Assembly (NCBI GenBank): GCA_026004615.1
Contig: BPJM01000001.1
Span: 763,482 to 827,481, forward strand
Length of the DNA stretch: 64,000 nucleotides
Source: Planctomycetota bacterium
GTDB lineage: Bacteria; Planctomycetota; J058; J103
Direction: 5' to 3'
Positions 9,536 through 18,211 of the stretch are shown here, piece after piece. A program made the position numbers and the translations under genes. The stretch's first letter is position 1. Each line of letters begins with the position of its first letter. The notes under the pieces were generated by a model. It saw only the letters and a program-made list of their open reading frames with translations, was not told the DNA's origin and ran no database searches.

Positions 9536-10714
9536 ATGATGCCGGGCCACAGCCCGGGGGAGGACAGCTCGATGGCGGCCCCTGCTCTGCCGCAGGCGGC
9601 GCAGCGCGCGCTGTTGCGCTGGTACCGCACCGCCGCGCGCGCGCTGCCCTGGCGGCGAACGCGCGATCCGTGGCGGGTCTGGGTGGCGGAGGCGATGCTG
9701 CAGCAGACGCGGGTGGAGGCGGTGCGGCAGCGCTACGAGGAGTTCCTCGCGCGCTATCCCAGCCCCGCGGCCCTGGCTGCGGCCGCGGAACACGAGGTGG
9801 TGGAAGCGTGGGCGGGGCTGGGTTACTACCGCCGGGCACGCGCCCTGTGGGCGGCGGCACGCCGGTGCTGCGCGCTGCATGGGGGGCGGGTGCCCGCCGA
9901 GCCGGCCGCGCTGGCGGCGCTGCCGGGGGTGGGGGCATACACCGCGGGTGCGATCGCCTCCATAGCGTTCGGCGCGGCCGTCCCGGCGCTGGACGGCAAC
10001 GCGGTGCGGGTGCTGGCGCGGTTGCTCGCGGTCACGGAGGACGTCTCCCGGGTCGCTGCCCGGCGGCGGCTCGAGACGGAGGCGGCGGCGCTGGCGCTGC
10101 GCGCGGCTGCCGAGCCGGACGGGCCGGGGGCGTGGAACCAGGCGCTCATGGAGCTGGGGGCGCGGGTGTGCCTGCCGCGTGCGCCGCGCTGCGACGCTGG
10201 CTGCCCGGTGCGGCGCTGGTGCGGCGCCGCCCGGGCCGGCATCGCGGCCGAGCTGCCGCGCAAGCCGGCCCGCCGCGCCCCGCGGCCGGTGCAGCTGGCG
10301 GTGGGCTGCACGCTCGATGCGGACCGCAGGCGGGTGCTGGTGGTGCGACGCCCGGCGGGCGGGCTGCTCGGGCTCGCCTGGGCACTGCCGGCGGTGGAGG
10401 GAGGGCGAGCGGAGCTGGGCGCCGCGCTCGGGGCCCGCGTCGGACGCGAGCTGCTGCGCTGGCGCCACGCCTTCACCCACCGGGTGTGGCACGCGCGGCT
10501 GTACCAGTGCACGCTGCACGGCGCCGCCCCGCCAGGGGCGCGCTGGCTCGGTGCCGCCGCCCTGCGCCGCCGCGGCTTTCCCACCGCCTTCCGTCCGGCC
10601 GTCGCCGCGGCGCTCGAGCTGCTGCGGGCCGGGCGCGGCGCGCATCTGGCCAGCGATCCGAGGCACGCCGCCGGCCGGCGCCAGCGAGCCGCTAGCGAAC
10701 GGCCGCGTGGCTGA
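9536..10714 (+). CDS. mutY: A/G-specific adenine DNA glycosylase
   Basis: 392-aa ORF. It has LPWRRTRDPWRVWVAEAMLQQTRV, an HhH-GPD region (LPGVGAYTAGAIASIAFG, DGNVxRV) and a 4Fe-4S loop (CLPRAPRCDAGCPVRRWC). A NUDIX-like C-terminal domain follows. The 3' end overlaps the convergent kinase gene by 23 nt. Confidence 0.85.
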   Translation: MMPGHSPGEDSSMAAPALPQAAQRALLRWYRTAARALPWRRTRDPWRVWVAEAMLQQTRVEAVRQRYEEFLARYPSPAALAAAAEHEVVEAWAGLGYYRRARALWAAARRCCALHGGRVPAEPAALAALPGVGAYTAGAIASIAFGAAVPALDGNAVRVLARLLAVTEDVSRVAARRRLETEAAALALRAAAEPDGPGAWNQALMELGARVCLPRAPRCDAGCPVRRWCGAARAGIAAELPRKPARRAPRPVQLAVGCTLDADRRRVLVVRRPAGGLLGLAWALPAVEGGRAELGAALGARVGRELLRWRHAFTHRVWHARLYQCTLHGAAPPGARWLGAAALRRRGFPTAFRPAVAAALELLRAGRGAHLASDPRHAAGRRQRAASERPRG

Positions 10715-13286
10715 ACAGCGGGATGGCGCGCAGCACGCCGCGGATCTCGGCCGCGGACTGGAAGCGATCCTCGGGCTTTTTCTCCAGGCAGCGCAGGATC
10801 AGCTCGCTCAGCTCGCGGGACACCGTGGGCTTGACCTCGTGCGGCTTGGGCGGCGGGGTGTGCACGTGGTGGAAGCCGAAGTCGCGGCCCTTGAACGGCA
10901 GCTCGCCGACGAAGATCTCGTACAGCGTCACGCCGAGCGAATAGATGTCGGTGCGGTGGTCGGTCTTGTGGCCGAGCACCTGCTCCGGCGACATGTACCA
11001 GGGCGTGCCCAGCACCCCGGAAGCGGTCTGCGTCACCCCCTCGACGACCTTGGCCAGGCCGAAGTCGAGGATCTTCGCCATGAGATCGAAGTCGCTGACC
11101 AGGATGTTCGAGGGTTTGATGTCGCGGTGGATCACGTTCTGGCCGTGCGCATAGGCCAGACCGTTGCACACCCCGATCAGGATGCCGCGCAGGGTCTCGG
11201 GGTCGGGTTTGTCCTCGCGCACGTAGCGGCGGAGGTTCTTGCCCGAGACGTACTCGAGCGTCATGTAGTAGCCGTCCGCGGACTCGCCGAAGTCGAACAA
11301 GGTCACGATGTTGGGATGGTTCATGCGGGCCGCCGACTTGGCCTCGCGCAGAAAGCACTCCACGGCGGCGGGGAAATCCCGGATGTGGCTCGAGAGGACC
11401 TTGTAGGCGACCATGCGATCGAGCAGCGTGTCGTGGCACTTGTAGACCACGCCCATGCCGCCGCGGCCGAGCTCCTCCAGGATCCGGTAGCGGCCCTGCG
11501 CGAATCCGTTGCGCCGTTGCTCGCCCCGGGTGGCGAAGCCGGCGCCCGGCGGCCGCTCGCCCTCGACGAACGCCTGGGTGCGCCGGGTCTCCAGCGGCGA
11601 TTCGTCCTGCTCGTCCCCGCTCGCGGCGGGGCCGGGCCGCGCCCCAGCGGGATCGCCGCCCGGCGCCGCGGCGCGCGCGCCGCCGCCTGCCGGTGCCACC
11701 GCCGCCACCGCCGCGGGCGGCGCGAGCGCCTCGAGCCGCTCGGCGGCGTCCCGATAGGCGCGGTCGTGCCGCAGCACCTCGCGGTAGGCAGCAGCCGCGC
11801 GTTCTCGCTCCGCCAGGGCCTCCAGGGCGCGGGCGCGGGCATAGTGCAGCTCCGCGGGCGGCAGGCCGTGGCCGTCCGCGGCGAGCGCCGCCTCCAGGCA
11901 AGCCAGCGCTTCGCGGTGCTCGCCCAGCTGCGCGTGCACGAGTCCGAGCAGCGCCTGGGCCCGCGCCTGGTCCTTGGCCCCAGGTGCCACCTGCCGCAAG
12001 CACGCCGCCGCCTGCTCGAGCTGGCCCAGCCGCAGGTAGCACTCGCCCGCCTCGACCTGGTGCCCCATGCGCTGCAGCAGCTCCGCCCGCCGCCGCTCGT
12101 CGCCGAGCGTCTCGGTGCAACGCAGCGCCTCGTGCAGTCGCCCCGCCTTCTCGAACAGCTGGCTCGCCAGGTCGTAGCGCCCCTTGCGCGCGTGCAGCGC
12201 CGCCGCCTGACCCGGATCCCCGGCCTTCTCGTAGCACTCGGCGGCGAGATCGTATTCGCCCATCTCCTCGTAGCACTGCGCGGCCAGCCGCAGCTCACCC
12301 GCCTGGGCGTAGTGGCGCGCGGCGCTGTGGTACTGGCGGTTGCGCCGCGCCAGCTCCCCGCGCAGCCGCGAGGCGCGCAGCATCTCGCCCTGCTTCTCCA
12401 GCACCGCCGCCGCCCGGTCCTCGCGGCCGGCGCGCACGAACAGATCGACGGCGCGGTCGGCCTCTCCCAGCTGGAGCGCCATCTCGGCGGCGCGCTCCAG
12501 CCGCCCGGTGCGCACCAGGAACTGGAAGGCGCGACGGCGTTGGCCGGCCCGGCAGTAGCGCTCGACGATCTTGTCTTCCAGCTCGCGCGCCTCGTTCTGC
12601 ACCGGCATGCCGCTGCGCAAGGACAGCCCTGCCACCACCCCGTGGTAGACCCGTTCGTACAGCTCCGCCGCCTCGGTCGCGCGCCCGAGCCGGTCGTACA
12701 GCTCCGCCGCCACGTCCCATTTCTGCAACTCGCGGAACAGCACCGCCGCCTTCGCCAGCTCGCCGGCCTTGAGGTACATCTGCGCGGCGAGGATCTTGCG
12801 CCCCGCGCGGGTGTAGTTCAGCTCGGCACGCTTGAGATCGCCCGCCTCGCGCCACAGCGCCGCCGCCTCCTCGTACAGGCCGGCGGTCTCGTAGAGCGCC
12901 GCGGCGGCGGAGGCGTGCCCGCGGCTGGCCAGCACCTCGGCGGCGCGGTGCGGCAGGTCGGCGAGCCGGTAGTGCTCGACCGCCAGCTCCGCCTCGCCGG
13001 CGGCGCAGTACAGGTCGGCGGCGCGCGCGTGCTCGCCGCGGCGGGCAAGCCGGCGCGCCTGGGCGCGCAGCCGCCGCGGGGTGGGTTCGCGGTTCTTGAG
13101 CCGGGCGGCGATGGCGGCGATCGCCTGCAGCGCCAGGCTACCGGCGAGCAGCAACAGCACGAGTTGGACCGCCCACTCGGTGCGGACCAGCTCCACCAGG
13201 CGGGCCACGGCGCTCGAGCCGGCCTCGGCGGCACTCCAGGGCAAGAGCCACCACTCCCCGATGTGACACGCGGTTGCGTCCGGCAT
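10692..13286 (-). CDS. membrane-anchored TPR-repeat Ser/Thr protein kinase (Hanks type, kinase domain C-terminal)
   Basis: ORF 10692..14267 trimmed to ATG 13286 (MPDATACHIGEWW). It has a TM (VQLVLLLLAGSLALQAIAAIAARL), about a dozen TPR-like repeats and a Pro/Ala linker. The kinase domain follows: GRGGMGVVYK, MVAYK, HRDIKPSNIL, DFGLAK, GTPWYMSPE. Confidence 0.85.
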   Translation of the reverse strand: MPDATACHIGEWWLLPWSAAEAGSSAVARLVELVRTEWAVQLVLLLLAGSLALQAIAAIAARLKNREPTPRRLRAQARRLARRGEHARAADLYCAAGEAELAVEHYRLADLPHRAAEVLASRGHASAAAALYETAGLYEEAAALWREAGDLKRAELNYTRAGRKILAAQMYLKAGELAKAAVLFRELQKWDVAAELYDRLGRATEAAELYERVYHGVVAGLSLRSGMPVQNEARELEDKIVERYCRAGQRRRAFQFLVRTGRLERAAEMALQLGEADRAVDLFVRAGREDRAAAVLEKQGEMLRASRLRGELARRNRQYHSAARHYAQAGELRLAAQCYEEMGEYDLAAECYEKAGDPGQAAALHARKGRYDLASQLFEKAGRLHEALRCTETLGDERRRAELLQRMGHQVEAGECYLRLGQLEQAAACLRQVAPGAKDQARAQALLGLVHAQLGEHREALACLEAALAADGHGLPPAELHYARARALEALAERERAAAAYREVLRHDRAYRDAAERLEALAPPAAVAAVAPAGGGARAAAPGGDPAGARPGPAASGDEQDESPLETRRTQAFVEGERPPGAGFATRGEQRRNGFAQGRYRILEELGRGGMGVVYKCHDTLLDRMVAYKVLSSHIRDFPAAVECFLREAKSAARMNHPNIVTLFDFGESADGYYMTLEYVSGKNLRRYVREDKPDPETLRGILIGVCNGLAYAHGQNVIHRDIKPSNILVSDFDLMAKILDFGLAKVVEGVTQTASGVLGTPWYMSPEQVLGHKTDHRTDIYSLGVTLYEIFVGELPFKGRDFGFHHVHTPPPKPHEVKPTVSRELSELILRCLEKKPEDRFQSAAEIRGVLRAIPLFSHAAVR

Positions 13287-13387
13287 GATAGGATATGCGG
13301 GGCCGCCCGTCCACGCGGGCGCGGCCAGGGGGCGGCCCGCTCGGCGCCGCCTCGAGTTGCGGAGCCACACCGCGGCTGCTGGCGCGC

Positions 13388-14218
13388 TCAGTCCCGAGTG
13401 CGCGGAGCGGTGCGGGCGAAGCGCAGGAGCTGGCGGAGCGCGCGCCGCAGGTCCTGGGGCAGGGGCGCGCGCACCCGGATCGCGGCGTCGGGGGCGGGCA
13501 GGGGCGAGCAGCCGGGCTCGGGCGCTGGCAGCAAGAGCTTCCAGGCATGCAGCGCCGGACGCTGCACCAGCGGTCGCTCCGCCCGGCCGCGCGCGGGCCG
13601 GTAGCCGGGCTTGAGCGCGGACAACCGCAACCCCTCGCGCTCGGCCCCGCCGTACAGCGGGTCGCCCACCAGCGGGTGGCCCAGCTGGCGGAGGTGCACG
13701 CGGAGCTGGTGCTGGCGGCCGGTCTCGGGCCACAGCGCGAGCAGCGCGTGGCGGCGGAACGGCACCAGCAGCCGCCAGCGCGTGCGCGCCGCACGCGGGC
13801 GTGGGGCGCCGGGGCGCAAGCGGCCGGGGCGGGCCACGCGCATGCGGCTGCCGCCGCGCGGGTCTCGCTCCAAGGGCGCGTCGATCTGTCCGGCCAGCGC
13901 CTGCGGCACGCCCTCGACCAGCCCGAGGTAGGTCTTGACGACGCGGCGCTGCTGGAAGGCCAGCGACAGGGCGCGGTGCGCCGCGGGGTTGGTCGCCACC
14001 ACCAGGCAGCCGGTCGTGTCGCGGTCGAGCCGGTGCACCACCAGCACGTGTTCCACCCCGAGCGCGGCGGCGGCTGCCTCCAACAGCGGCGTCCTGCCGC
14101 CGGGCCGGTTGCGCTCGCCCGCGACCGCCAGGCCGGCGGGCTTGTCGAGCACCGCCCAGCCCTCGGCGCGCCAGAGCAGTCGCAGGGTGGGCGGCCGGCG
14201 GTGGGGCGGCACGTTCAT
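13388..14218 (-). CDS. RluA-family pseudouridine synthase
   Basis: 276-aa ORF with LDKPAGLAV, HRLDRDTTGCLVVA (catalytic Asp motif), KTYLGLVEG, GRQHQLRVH and HAW. Confidence 0.85.
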   Translation of the reverse strand: MNVPPHRRPPTLRLLWRAEGWAVLDKPAGLAVAGERNRPGGRTPLLEAAAAALGVEHVLVVHRLDRDTTGCLVVATNPAAHRALSLAFQQRRVVKTYLGLVEGVPQALAGQIDAPLERDPRGGSRMRVARPGRLRPGAPRPRAARTRWRLLVPFRRHALLALWPETGRQHQLRVHLRQLGHPLVGDPLYGGAEREGLRLSALKPGYRPARGRAERPLVQRPALHAWKLLLPAPEPGCSPLPAPDAAIRVRAPLPQDLRRALRQLLRFARTAPRTRD

Positions 14219-14315
14219 ACCACCGCGGCTGCGGCCGCGCTGGGGCAGGAGCGGTCGCGGCGCGCACCGGCCGCGGCCGTGCAGGCTCGCGCTCCTCGTT
14301 CCACCGGCGCAGCCC

Positions 14316-16613
14316 CTACGCCAGGCGCCGCTTGAGCACGAATGCCACCGCCTCCTTGGCGCACGCCAGGCAGTAGCCCATGCTCCCGGTCATGCGCTCG
14401 ACCATGTGCTCGACCCGCCGCTGCCGGGGCGGGTCGAGCAGCGACCACTCCTCGGTCTGATAGCGCAGGAAATCGTGCAGCGTCCGGTCGATCTGCTTGT
14501 CGCGGGCGCGGTAGAAACCGGCCTTGAGCTGCTTGAAGAGGTCGGCGAACAGCTCGCGCATCTCGATCCGCTTGCCGGGGTTCTCGATCGAATGGGCGGC
14601 GATGCGGGTCACCAGGTTGCGGCGGAACTCCGACGGCTCGTCCCGGATCCCGATCGTCTCCTCCACCCGGCGCATGAGCTCCTCGTCGGGACGCTCCAGC
14701 GCCCCGGTCTGCCGGTGCGGCACCTTCTCGCCGCGCACGAACGCCCGCACGTGCACGAAGTAGTCGTCGAACAGCCGGTTGTATTCCTCGGCCGGCACCA
14801 GCTCCATGGCGTCCTGGATCTCCTCTTCGACCAGGCGCAGATATTCGTTCTCCACGTCGTCGATGAAGCGCGGGCAGTCGTTGTAGCCGGCCTGGGGCGT
14901 GATGCGGAGGAAGTCGTATACCGAGACGTCCTTGACCAGCTCGCGCAGTCCCTTGAAGACCGCAAGCGGTGACAGGCAGGGAAACTCGGGATAGGCAGCC
15001 ACGTCGGCCAGCAGCGTCAGCATCTCGCGCGGCGAGGCGCCGCGCCGCCCCTCGTAGGCGGCATCGAGGATCCCCTCGAACTCCTCCTCGTGGTCGTCGT
15101 ACTCCGAGCGGATCCGGTCGTAGTGGGCGAGCAGCTCGCGCCGCTCCTGCTCGGTGAACTGCTCGGGGGCGCGACGGCGGTCGTACAGATACGCCTTTTC
15201 CAGCGGGCTGAGGCGGCCGACCAGGTTGCCGACCGCGCCCGGGTAGTTCTTGGCGCGCGGCCGCCGCAACCGCGTCAGCACCGCCCACAGCGCGGTGACG
15301 AATCCGGTGTGCGGAGCGACGTGCTTCTCGCGGCCGATCGCCTCCAGCTGCTCGCGGTAGATCTTCTCCTCCTGCGAGAAGGAGAGCAGGTACGGCACCT
15401 TGATCAGCTCGAAGCGCGCCTTGAACGAGCTGAAGTCGGGATCGCGCTTGAACAGGCACAGGTTCTTCTCGTTGGCGGTCGCCAGCATGGCGACGTCGAG
15501 ATAGGCCATGAGCCCGGGCAGCGACACCGTGTTCTGCTCGATCGTGGTCAGCAGGTACTTGTGGGCCTCCAGCGGCCGCTTGAAGAAGTCGGAGTAGACC
15601 ACGATGCCGCGGTTGGCGTCGATCAGATCGCCGACCGGCTCCAGCAGCGAGGTGTTGCGGAGCACGGTCGGGATCTGGTGTCGCGCCTCGGGGTTGAGAG
15701 GGCGCGCGGTCGCATCGACGTTGCGCTGCGGCTCGATGGTGATCGCCCCTTGCCGGTAGCGCTTCGAGATGAAGAAGCGCTCGACCTGCACGTGCTGCAC
15801 CACCCGGTTCCAGTCGCCCTGGTAGACCGTGAGCAGGGTGTCGTAGATCTCGCGGCACTTTGGACAGAGCTCGCCGGCCAGGGCATGGGTGGGCGGTTCG
15901 GTGCCGGCGAGGCCCGCGTACGCGAACGCCTCGCGGAGCACGCGCGCCCGCTCCTGCTCCGGCAGCAGGAAGATCGGGTTATCGCGCAGCTCGCACGGGA
16001 TGCGCGCGCTGATCTCCTCGGGTTCCAGGTAGGCGTAGGTGTCGGTGCGGCGCGCGACCGAGGTCTCACCGAAGCCGAGCCGGTCGCGCTCCAGCGCGTC
16101 GCTGAACACCCAGTTGAAGGTATACAGGGCCCCCTCCGGGGTGCGGGAGTAGACCTCCAGCCCGCGGATCAGACACTCCACCGTGGTGGACTTGCCCGAG
16201 CCGTTGGGGCCGTGCAGCATGAGCAGCTTGTCGACGCGCCCCTTGTCGGCGAAATGGCGCAGATACTTGACCAGCTCGGCCTGGGCGCGCTCCTGGCCGT
16301 GGACCCGTCCCCGCCCGTCGGCGGCGGGCAGGTCGAACACCTTGTAGCGCCACCTCACGTCCCCGGCGGTCGGCGGCGCCGGCTCCCGCCCGAGGTACTC
16401 CAGCATGTCGACGATGTACTGGGCGGCGTTGCGGACGTGGCGCCGCGGATGCTCGTACAGATCCTCGAGGAACTCCCCGAACGACTTGACGATCTGCCCC
16501 TGGCGGAACTCCTGTTCCACCCGCGCCGCCACGCGCCGTACGATCTGGTTGACGTCGATCGGGTGCCGCCGGCGTTCGTCCGCACCGCCGCCTGCGCCGG
16601 GCTCAGGGATCAT
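14316..16613 (-). CDS. prkA: PrkA-family serine protein kinase (AAA-type)
   Basis: ORF 14316..16880 trimmed to ATG 16613 (MIPEPGAGG). It has Walker A (LMLHGPNGSGKST) and PrkA-like blocks (YTFNWVF, CPKCREIYD, RFFISKRYRQGAITIEPQ) plus a long PrkA C-terminal region. A weak TTGACG-17-TAGAGA motif ends 7 nt before the ATG. Confidence 0.85.
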   Translation of the reverse strand: MIPEPGAGGGADERRRHPIDVNQIVRRVAARVEQEFRQGQIVKSFGEFLEDLYEHPRRHVRNAAQYIVDMLEYLGREPAPPTAGDVRWRYKVFDLPAADGRGRVHGQERAQAELVKYLRHFADKGRVDKLLMLHGPNGSGKSTTVECLIRGLEVYSRTPEGALYTFNWVFSDALERDRLGFGETSVARRTDTYAYLEPEEISARIPCELRDNPIFLLPEQERARVLREAFAYAGLAGTEPPTHALAGELCPKCREIYDTLLTVYQGDWNRVVQHVQVERFFISKRYRQGAITIEPQRNVDATARPLNPEARHQIPTVLRNTSLLEPVGDLIDANRGIVVYSDFFKRPLEAHKYLLTTIEQNTVSLPGLMAYLDVAMLATANEKNLCLFKRDPDFSSFKARFELIKVPYLLSFSQEEKIYREQLEAIGREKHVAPHTGFVTALWAVLTRLRRPRAKNYPGAVGNLVGRLSPLEKAYLYDRRRAPEQFTEQERRELLAHYDRIRSEYDDHEEEFEGILDAAYEGRRGASPREMLTLLADVAAYPEFPCLSPLAVFKGLRELVKDVSVYDFLRITPQAGYNDCPRFIDDVENEYLRLVEEEIQDAMELVPAEEYNRLFDDYFVHVRAFVRGEKVPHRQTGALERPDEELMRRVEETIGIRDEPSEFRRNLVTRIAAHSIENPGKRIEMRELFADLFKQLKAGFYRARDKQIDRTLHDFLRYQTEEWSLLDPPRQRRVEHMVERMTGSMGYCLACAKEAVAFVLKRRLA

Positions 16614-16857
16614 GCGCTCATCTCTAGCGCCGCCTCGCCGGGGCGTCAACTCGCGCCGCGCGCCCGCTGCGCGGCGAGCGGGCGCAGCTTGCCTCCCGCA
16701 CGGCGGTTGCGGCCGGAGCCGGCCCGGGGTGTCGGAGCCAGCCGGTACGCTCGCAGCCGGCGTGGCGCCGGCCGGGCGGCTTCGGCGCGCGGGCGGGCTC
16801 GGGTCCGCCGGGCGCGGCCGCGGCGCCGGCGGCGCGGTGGCATGGGGGGGCAAGACG

Positions 16858-17514
16858 ATGCGGCTGCCAGCGCTGGGCACGCTCTGTCGCTACCAGGTCG
16901 AGGGACGGCCGGGCGGCGGGATCGAGGCGGTGGTGGAGCGGCTCGAGCGCAACCGCTTCCTGCCGCTGGAGGAGGCGGTGGAGGAGGAGGAGCGCACCGG
17001 CTGGATCACGGTGGAGCACCTGCTGGACACCGCCTTTCGCCCCGAGAAGGTCCAGCTCGGCCCCTACCTGGTGTTCGCGCTGCGGCGCGACCGCCGGCGC
17101 GTGCCGGCGGCGCTGCTGCGTGCCCACCTGCGGATGGAGGAGCTGGCGCACCAGAGCGTCGCCGGCCGGCCGTTCGGGGCGCGACAGCGGCGCGAGGTCA
17201 AGGCGCGGCTGCGCGACGAGCTGATCCGCAAGGTGTTGCCCGCAGCGGCGAGCTGGCCGGTGGTCTGGCGGCCGCGCGAGCGGCTGCTCTGGTTCGGGAC
17301 GCTGGCGGCGAAGGCGAACGAGCTGTTCGCGGCGCTGTTCGAGCGCACCTTCGAGCTGAAGCTGAGCCCGCTCGGTCCCGCGGCGCTCGCGCGGCGGCTC
17401 GGGGGCGAAGCGCCGGAGCTGGCGGCGCGGCTGGCGGCGCTGCGCCCAGCGGTGCTGCATGCCCCGGCCCCGGCGGAGCCCGCACCGGCGCCGGCGCTCG
17501 CCGGGGTGGCCTGA
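16858..17514 (+). CDS. RdgC-like recombination-associated protein, N-terminal-type part (putative)
   Basis: ATG 16858, trimmed from ORF 16405..17514. The pattern GWITVEHLLDTAF...YLVFALRRDRRRVPAALLRAHLRMEE...REVKARLRDELIRKVLPAAASWPVVW...LLWFGT...ANELFAALFERTF resembles the first two-thirds of RdgC. Recognised from memory and unverified. Confidence 0.5.
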   Translation: MRLPALGTLCRYQVEGRPGGGIEAVVERLERNRFLPLEEAVEEEERTGWITVEHLLDTAFRPEKVQLGPYLVFALRRDRRRVPAALLRAHLRMEELAHQSVAGRPFGARQRREVKARLRDELIRKVLPAAASWPVVWRPRERLLWFGTLAAKANELFAALFERTFELKLSPLGPAALARRLGGEAPELAARLAALRPAVLHAPAPAEPAPAPALAGVA

Positions 17515-17573
17515 GCGAGCCGGCGGCCGGGGGGCGAGCGCGAGGAAGCGGGCTGGCGGGAGGCGGTGCGGGC

Positions 17574-18065
17574 ATGACCGAGGCGGCGTTGGGGCGAGAG
17601 TTCTTGACCTGGCTCTGGTTCCGCTGCGAGGTGGACGGCGGGACGTTCCCCCTGGAGCAGGGGGGCGAGCTGGGCGTGGTGTTCGGCGAGTACGTGCGGC
17701 TGCTGGCGCCGGGGGAGCGCGCCGAGGAGCACACGGTGCGGCGCGCCTCGCCGCACCGTGCGTCCGAGGCCCGGCAGGCGCTGCGCGCTGGCAAGCTGGT
17801 CGCCGCGGCGCGGCTGGAGCTGGGGACCGCCGAAGGGAGCTACGCGGTGACGCTGGACGCCGACACCTTCGGGCTGCGCGCGGCGCGCTACCCCGGGGTC
17901 GAGGGAGCGGACGAGACCGAGCGCTCCGAGGAGCGGCTGGCGCGCACCGAGGAGTTGCTGGCGTTGCTCGACGAGCTATTCGCGCGTTTCCTGGCGGTGC
18001 GGCTCACCCCGGCGTGGGAACAGAGCGAGCTGCCGGCGATGCGGGCCTGGGTCGCGAGCAGCTGA
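17574..18065 (+). CDS. RdgC-like protein, C-terminal-type part (putative)
   Basis: ATG 17574, comprising the last 164 codons of ORF 15090..18065. GREFLTWLWFRCEVDGGTF...SEARQALRAGKLVAAARLEL...YAVTLDADTFGLRAARYP...EERLARTEELLALLDELFARF resembles the RdgC C-terminal third. It may be one gene with 16858..17514, split at a G-run near 17530. Confidence 0.45.
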   Translation: MTEAALGREFLTWLWFRCEVDGGTFPLEQGGELGVVFGEYVRLLAPGERAEEHTVRRASPHRASEARQALRAGKLVAAARLELGTAEGSYAVTLDADTFGLRAARYPGVEGADETERSEERLARTEELLALLDELFARFLAVRLTPAWEQSELPAMRAWVASS

Positions 18066-18106
18066 GAGCCGCACCCGGCACGAGTGTCGAGTCCTTCGCG
18101 CCGCGG

Positions 18107-18136
18107 TTGCCTCCCTCCGGGGGCTGCCCGTATCAT
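18107..18136 (+). promoter_or_regulatory. sigma70-like promoter for the FHA-GAF histidine kinase gene (TTGCCT-18-TATCAT)
   Basis: TTGCCT at 18107-18112, an 18-nt spacer, then TATCAT at 18131-18136, about 75 nt upstream of ATG 18212. Motif match only. Confidence 0.3.
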
Positions 18137-18211
18137 CGGGAGGTCGTGCGGCCGCGCCCCCTCGGCCGGAGGGGTGTCCGCCCGGTGTCTGCGCAGACGA
18201 GCCCGGAGCCC

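Noticed and set aside
10692-10714. The 23-nt 3'-end overlap of convergent mutY and the kinase gene as a regulatory antisense feature
   Set aside because: The mutY C-terminal tail is poorly conserved and its true stop could be affected by a local indel. Short convergent overlaps are common in compact GC-rich genomes.
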